Assembly (NCBI GenBank): GCA_026395955.1
Contig: JAPLXR010000005.1
Coordinates: 1 to 49,718, forward strand
Reading direction: 5' to 3'
Length of the DNA stretch: 49,718 nt
DNA from: Candidatus Nomurabacteria bacterium
Lineage (GTDB): Bacteria; Patescibacteriota; Minisyncoccia; Phycocordibacterales; UBA9973
Every line of letters starts with the position of its first letter. Positions within the stretch are counted from its first letter, which is position 1. A program made the position numbers and the translations under genes. The notes under the pieces are model-generated. The model was not told the origin of the DNA. It ran no database searches and was given only the letters and a program-made list of their open reading frames with translations. Below are positions 48,247-49,718 of the stretch, piece after piece.

Positions 48247-48327
48247 GAAATTTTGCTGTTTGACTTATCTCAGTATATTTTGTATTGTTTGGATAAATAT
48301 AAACAGTTCTAAAAAATTATCTTAAAA

Positions 48328-48522
48328 ATGAAAAGTGATAGTAGTAAGGTATCAAATACCTATATTGAAGAAAAACCGCTTGATGGAGATAGTGCCTTTT
48401 GGCAAAGATACGAAGAAGTAAATGAAAACTGCAAAAATCGGTCAAAAGAAAAAGCAAAAAAAGAAATTGAAAAAGTTCAAAGGAGACATGAGTTGGACTA
48501 TCGTATGGAAGAAGAATTTTAA
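48328..48522 (+). CDS. small hypothetical protein (accessory cassette B)
   Basis: 64-aa ORF with promoter at 48260-48288 and terminator at 48530-48556. Confidence 0.55.
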   Translation: MKSDSSKVSNTYIEEKPLDGDSAFWQRYEEVNENCKNRSKEKAKKEIEKVQRRHELDYRMEEEF

Positions 48523-48648
48523 ACGTTTTAAGCCTCGTAGAAATACAGGGCTTTTTATTTGCAAAATTGAAAGAAATGTTTTATATTAAAGGTATATAGG
48601 GCTTAGGCCTTTTTATTTTATTAATAAGTAATTATAAACAAATATTAT

Positions 48649-49718
48649 ATGGAAAGAGATTATCCACTAGAGAAAGTTAGAAATATTGGAATTATTGCCC
48701 ACATCGATGCGGGTAAGACAACTACAACAGAACGTGTGCTTTATTACACAGGTGTTTCACATAAAATCGGTGAAGTTCATGATGGAGAAACAACTACAGA
48801 CTGGATGGAACAAGAACGTGAAAGAGGTATCACTATTACTTCTGCTGCTGTTACTTGTTTCTGGACACCGACATATGCACTTACAGACAAGAGCAAGAAG
48901 CATCGTTTCAATATTATCGATACTCCTGGGCACATTGACTTCACAGTGGAAGTAAAAAGATCTCTCCGTGTACTCGACGGTGCTGTCGTCGTATTTGATG
49001 GTGTGGCTGGGGTAGAACCTCAATCAGAAACAAACTGGCGTTATGCTGACGAGGCGAAAGTTCCTCGTATTTGTTTCGTGAACAAGCTCGACCGTACAGG
49101 TGCTAGTTTTGAACACTCATTTGCAACTATCCTCGATCGTTTGAATAAAAATGCTGTTCGTTATCAAATCCCTATCGGCCTCGAAGAAAAGCATGAAGGT
49201 GTTATCGATCTTTTGAAAATGAAAGCTTATTACTTTGAAGGTGAAATGGGTAATAAGGTTATCGAAAAAGATATTCCTGAAGACATGAAAGCAGACGCAC
49301 AAAAGTATCATGCAGAATTGATTGAAAAAATCGTTGAAACAGATGATGTTATGATGACAGAATATTTGGATGGAAAAATACCAAGTATCGAAGTTTTGAA
49401 AAAAACTCTTCGTAAGGCTGTTATCAACAATGATATTTTCCCAGTTTTCGCTGGATCAGCATTGAAAAACAAAGGTGTACAGCTCGTACTCGACGCCGTT
49501 ATTGATTATTTACCAGCTCCTACAGACATCCCTCCTATTGGCGGAATCAATCCTGATACAGAAGAACCAATGGTTCGTCATGCTTCTGATGCAGAGCCTT
49601 TTTCTGCTTTGGCTTTCAAAATCGCTACTGACCCATTCGTAGGACAAATCATTTTCTTCCGTGTATATTCTGGAACTCTTTCAGCTGGAAGTTATGTTTA
49701 CAATCCTCGTACAAGAAA
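48649..49718 (+). CDS. fusA: elongation factor G (runs off the window end)
   Basis: Manual translation: [67 protein letters not shown]. Own promoter TTGCAA, 17 bp, TATATT. Confidence 0.97.
   Translation, partial: MERDYPLEKVRNIGIIAHIDAGKTTTTERVLYYTGVSHKIGEVHDGETTTDWMEQERERGITITSAAVTCFWTPTYALTDKSKKHRFNIIDTPGHIDFTVEVKRSLRVLDGAVVVFDGVAGVEPQSETNWRYADEAKVPRICFVNKLDRTGASFEHSFATILDRLNKNAVRYQIPIGLEEKHEGVIDLLKMKAYYFEGEMGNKVIEKDIPEDMKADAQKYHAELIEKIVETDDVMMTEYLDGKIPSIEVLKKTLRKAVINNDIFPVFAGSALKNKGVQLVLDAVIDYLPAPTDIPPIGGINPDTEEPMVRHASDAEPFSALAFKIATDPFVGQIIFFRVYSGTLSAGSYVYNPRTR

Noticed and set aside
46424-48648. Integron cassette array
   Set aside because: No intI and no attC-like RYYYAAC...GTTRRRY structures; the units carry their own promoters.
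48686-49311. ORFs 48686-48955, 48757-49023 and 49117-49311, and similar nested ORFs inside rny, tig, nusA, recJ and pgk
   Set aside because: Alternative-frame or antisense shadows of well-supported genes.

Overview
AT-rich chromosomal segment that looks like a Patescibacteria (CPR) genome, probably Parcubacteria/Nomurabacteria-like. This is inferred from gene content: FKBP-less trigger factor, split ComEC, type IV pilus set, PaaX/Cas2-like orphans and tRNA-Arg(UCG). Core genes are cca, yraN, hup, rny, clpP, tig, ppa, nusA, pilB/pilC plus minor pilins, tpiA, pgk, recJ, rnhA, comEC, sod, rpmB, rpsL, rpsG and fusA, plus four tRNAs. A parS cluster and DnaA boxes lie near 0.9-2.1 kb. Main unusual signals: (1) two PaaX/Cas2-like genes, each bracketed on both sides by palindromic sites sharing a GCTATAGC core; (2) many stand-alone accessory cassettes with a near-consensus TTGAC-17bp-TA promoter, a boxA-like leader motif and their own terminator, inserted even inside the tig-clpP and rpsG-fusA operons and often carrying degenerate enzymes or Bacteroidota-like genes, including a Bacteroidota-type RpoD; (3) several families of covarying palindromic repeats inserted in-frame into recJ, rnhA and comEC. 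No CRISPR array, integrase or transposase was seen. All protein assignments are by motif recognition, not database search.
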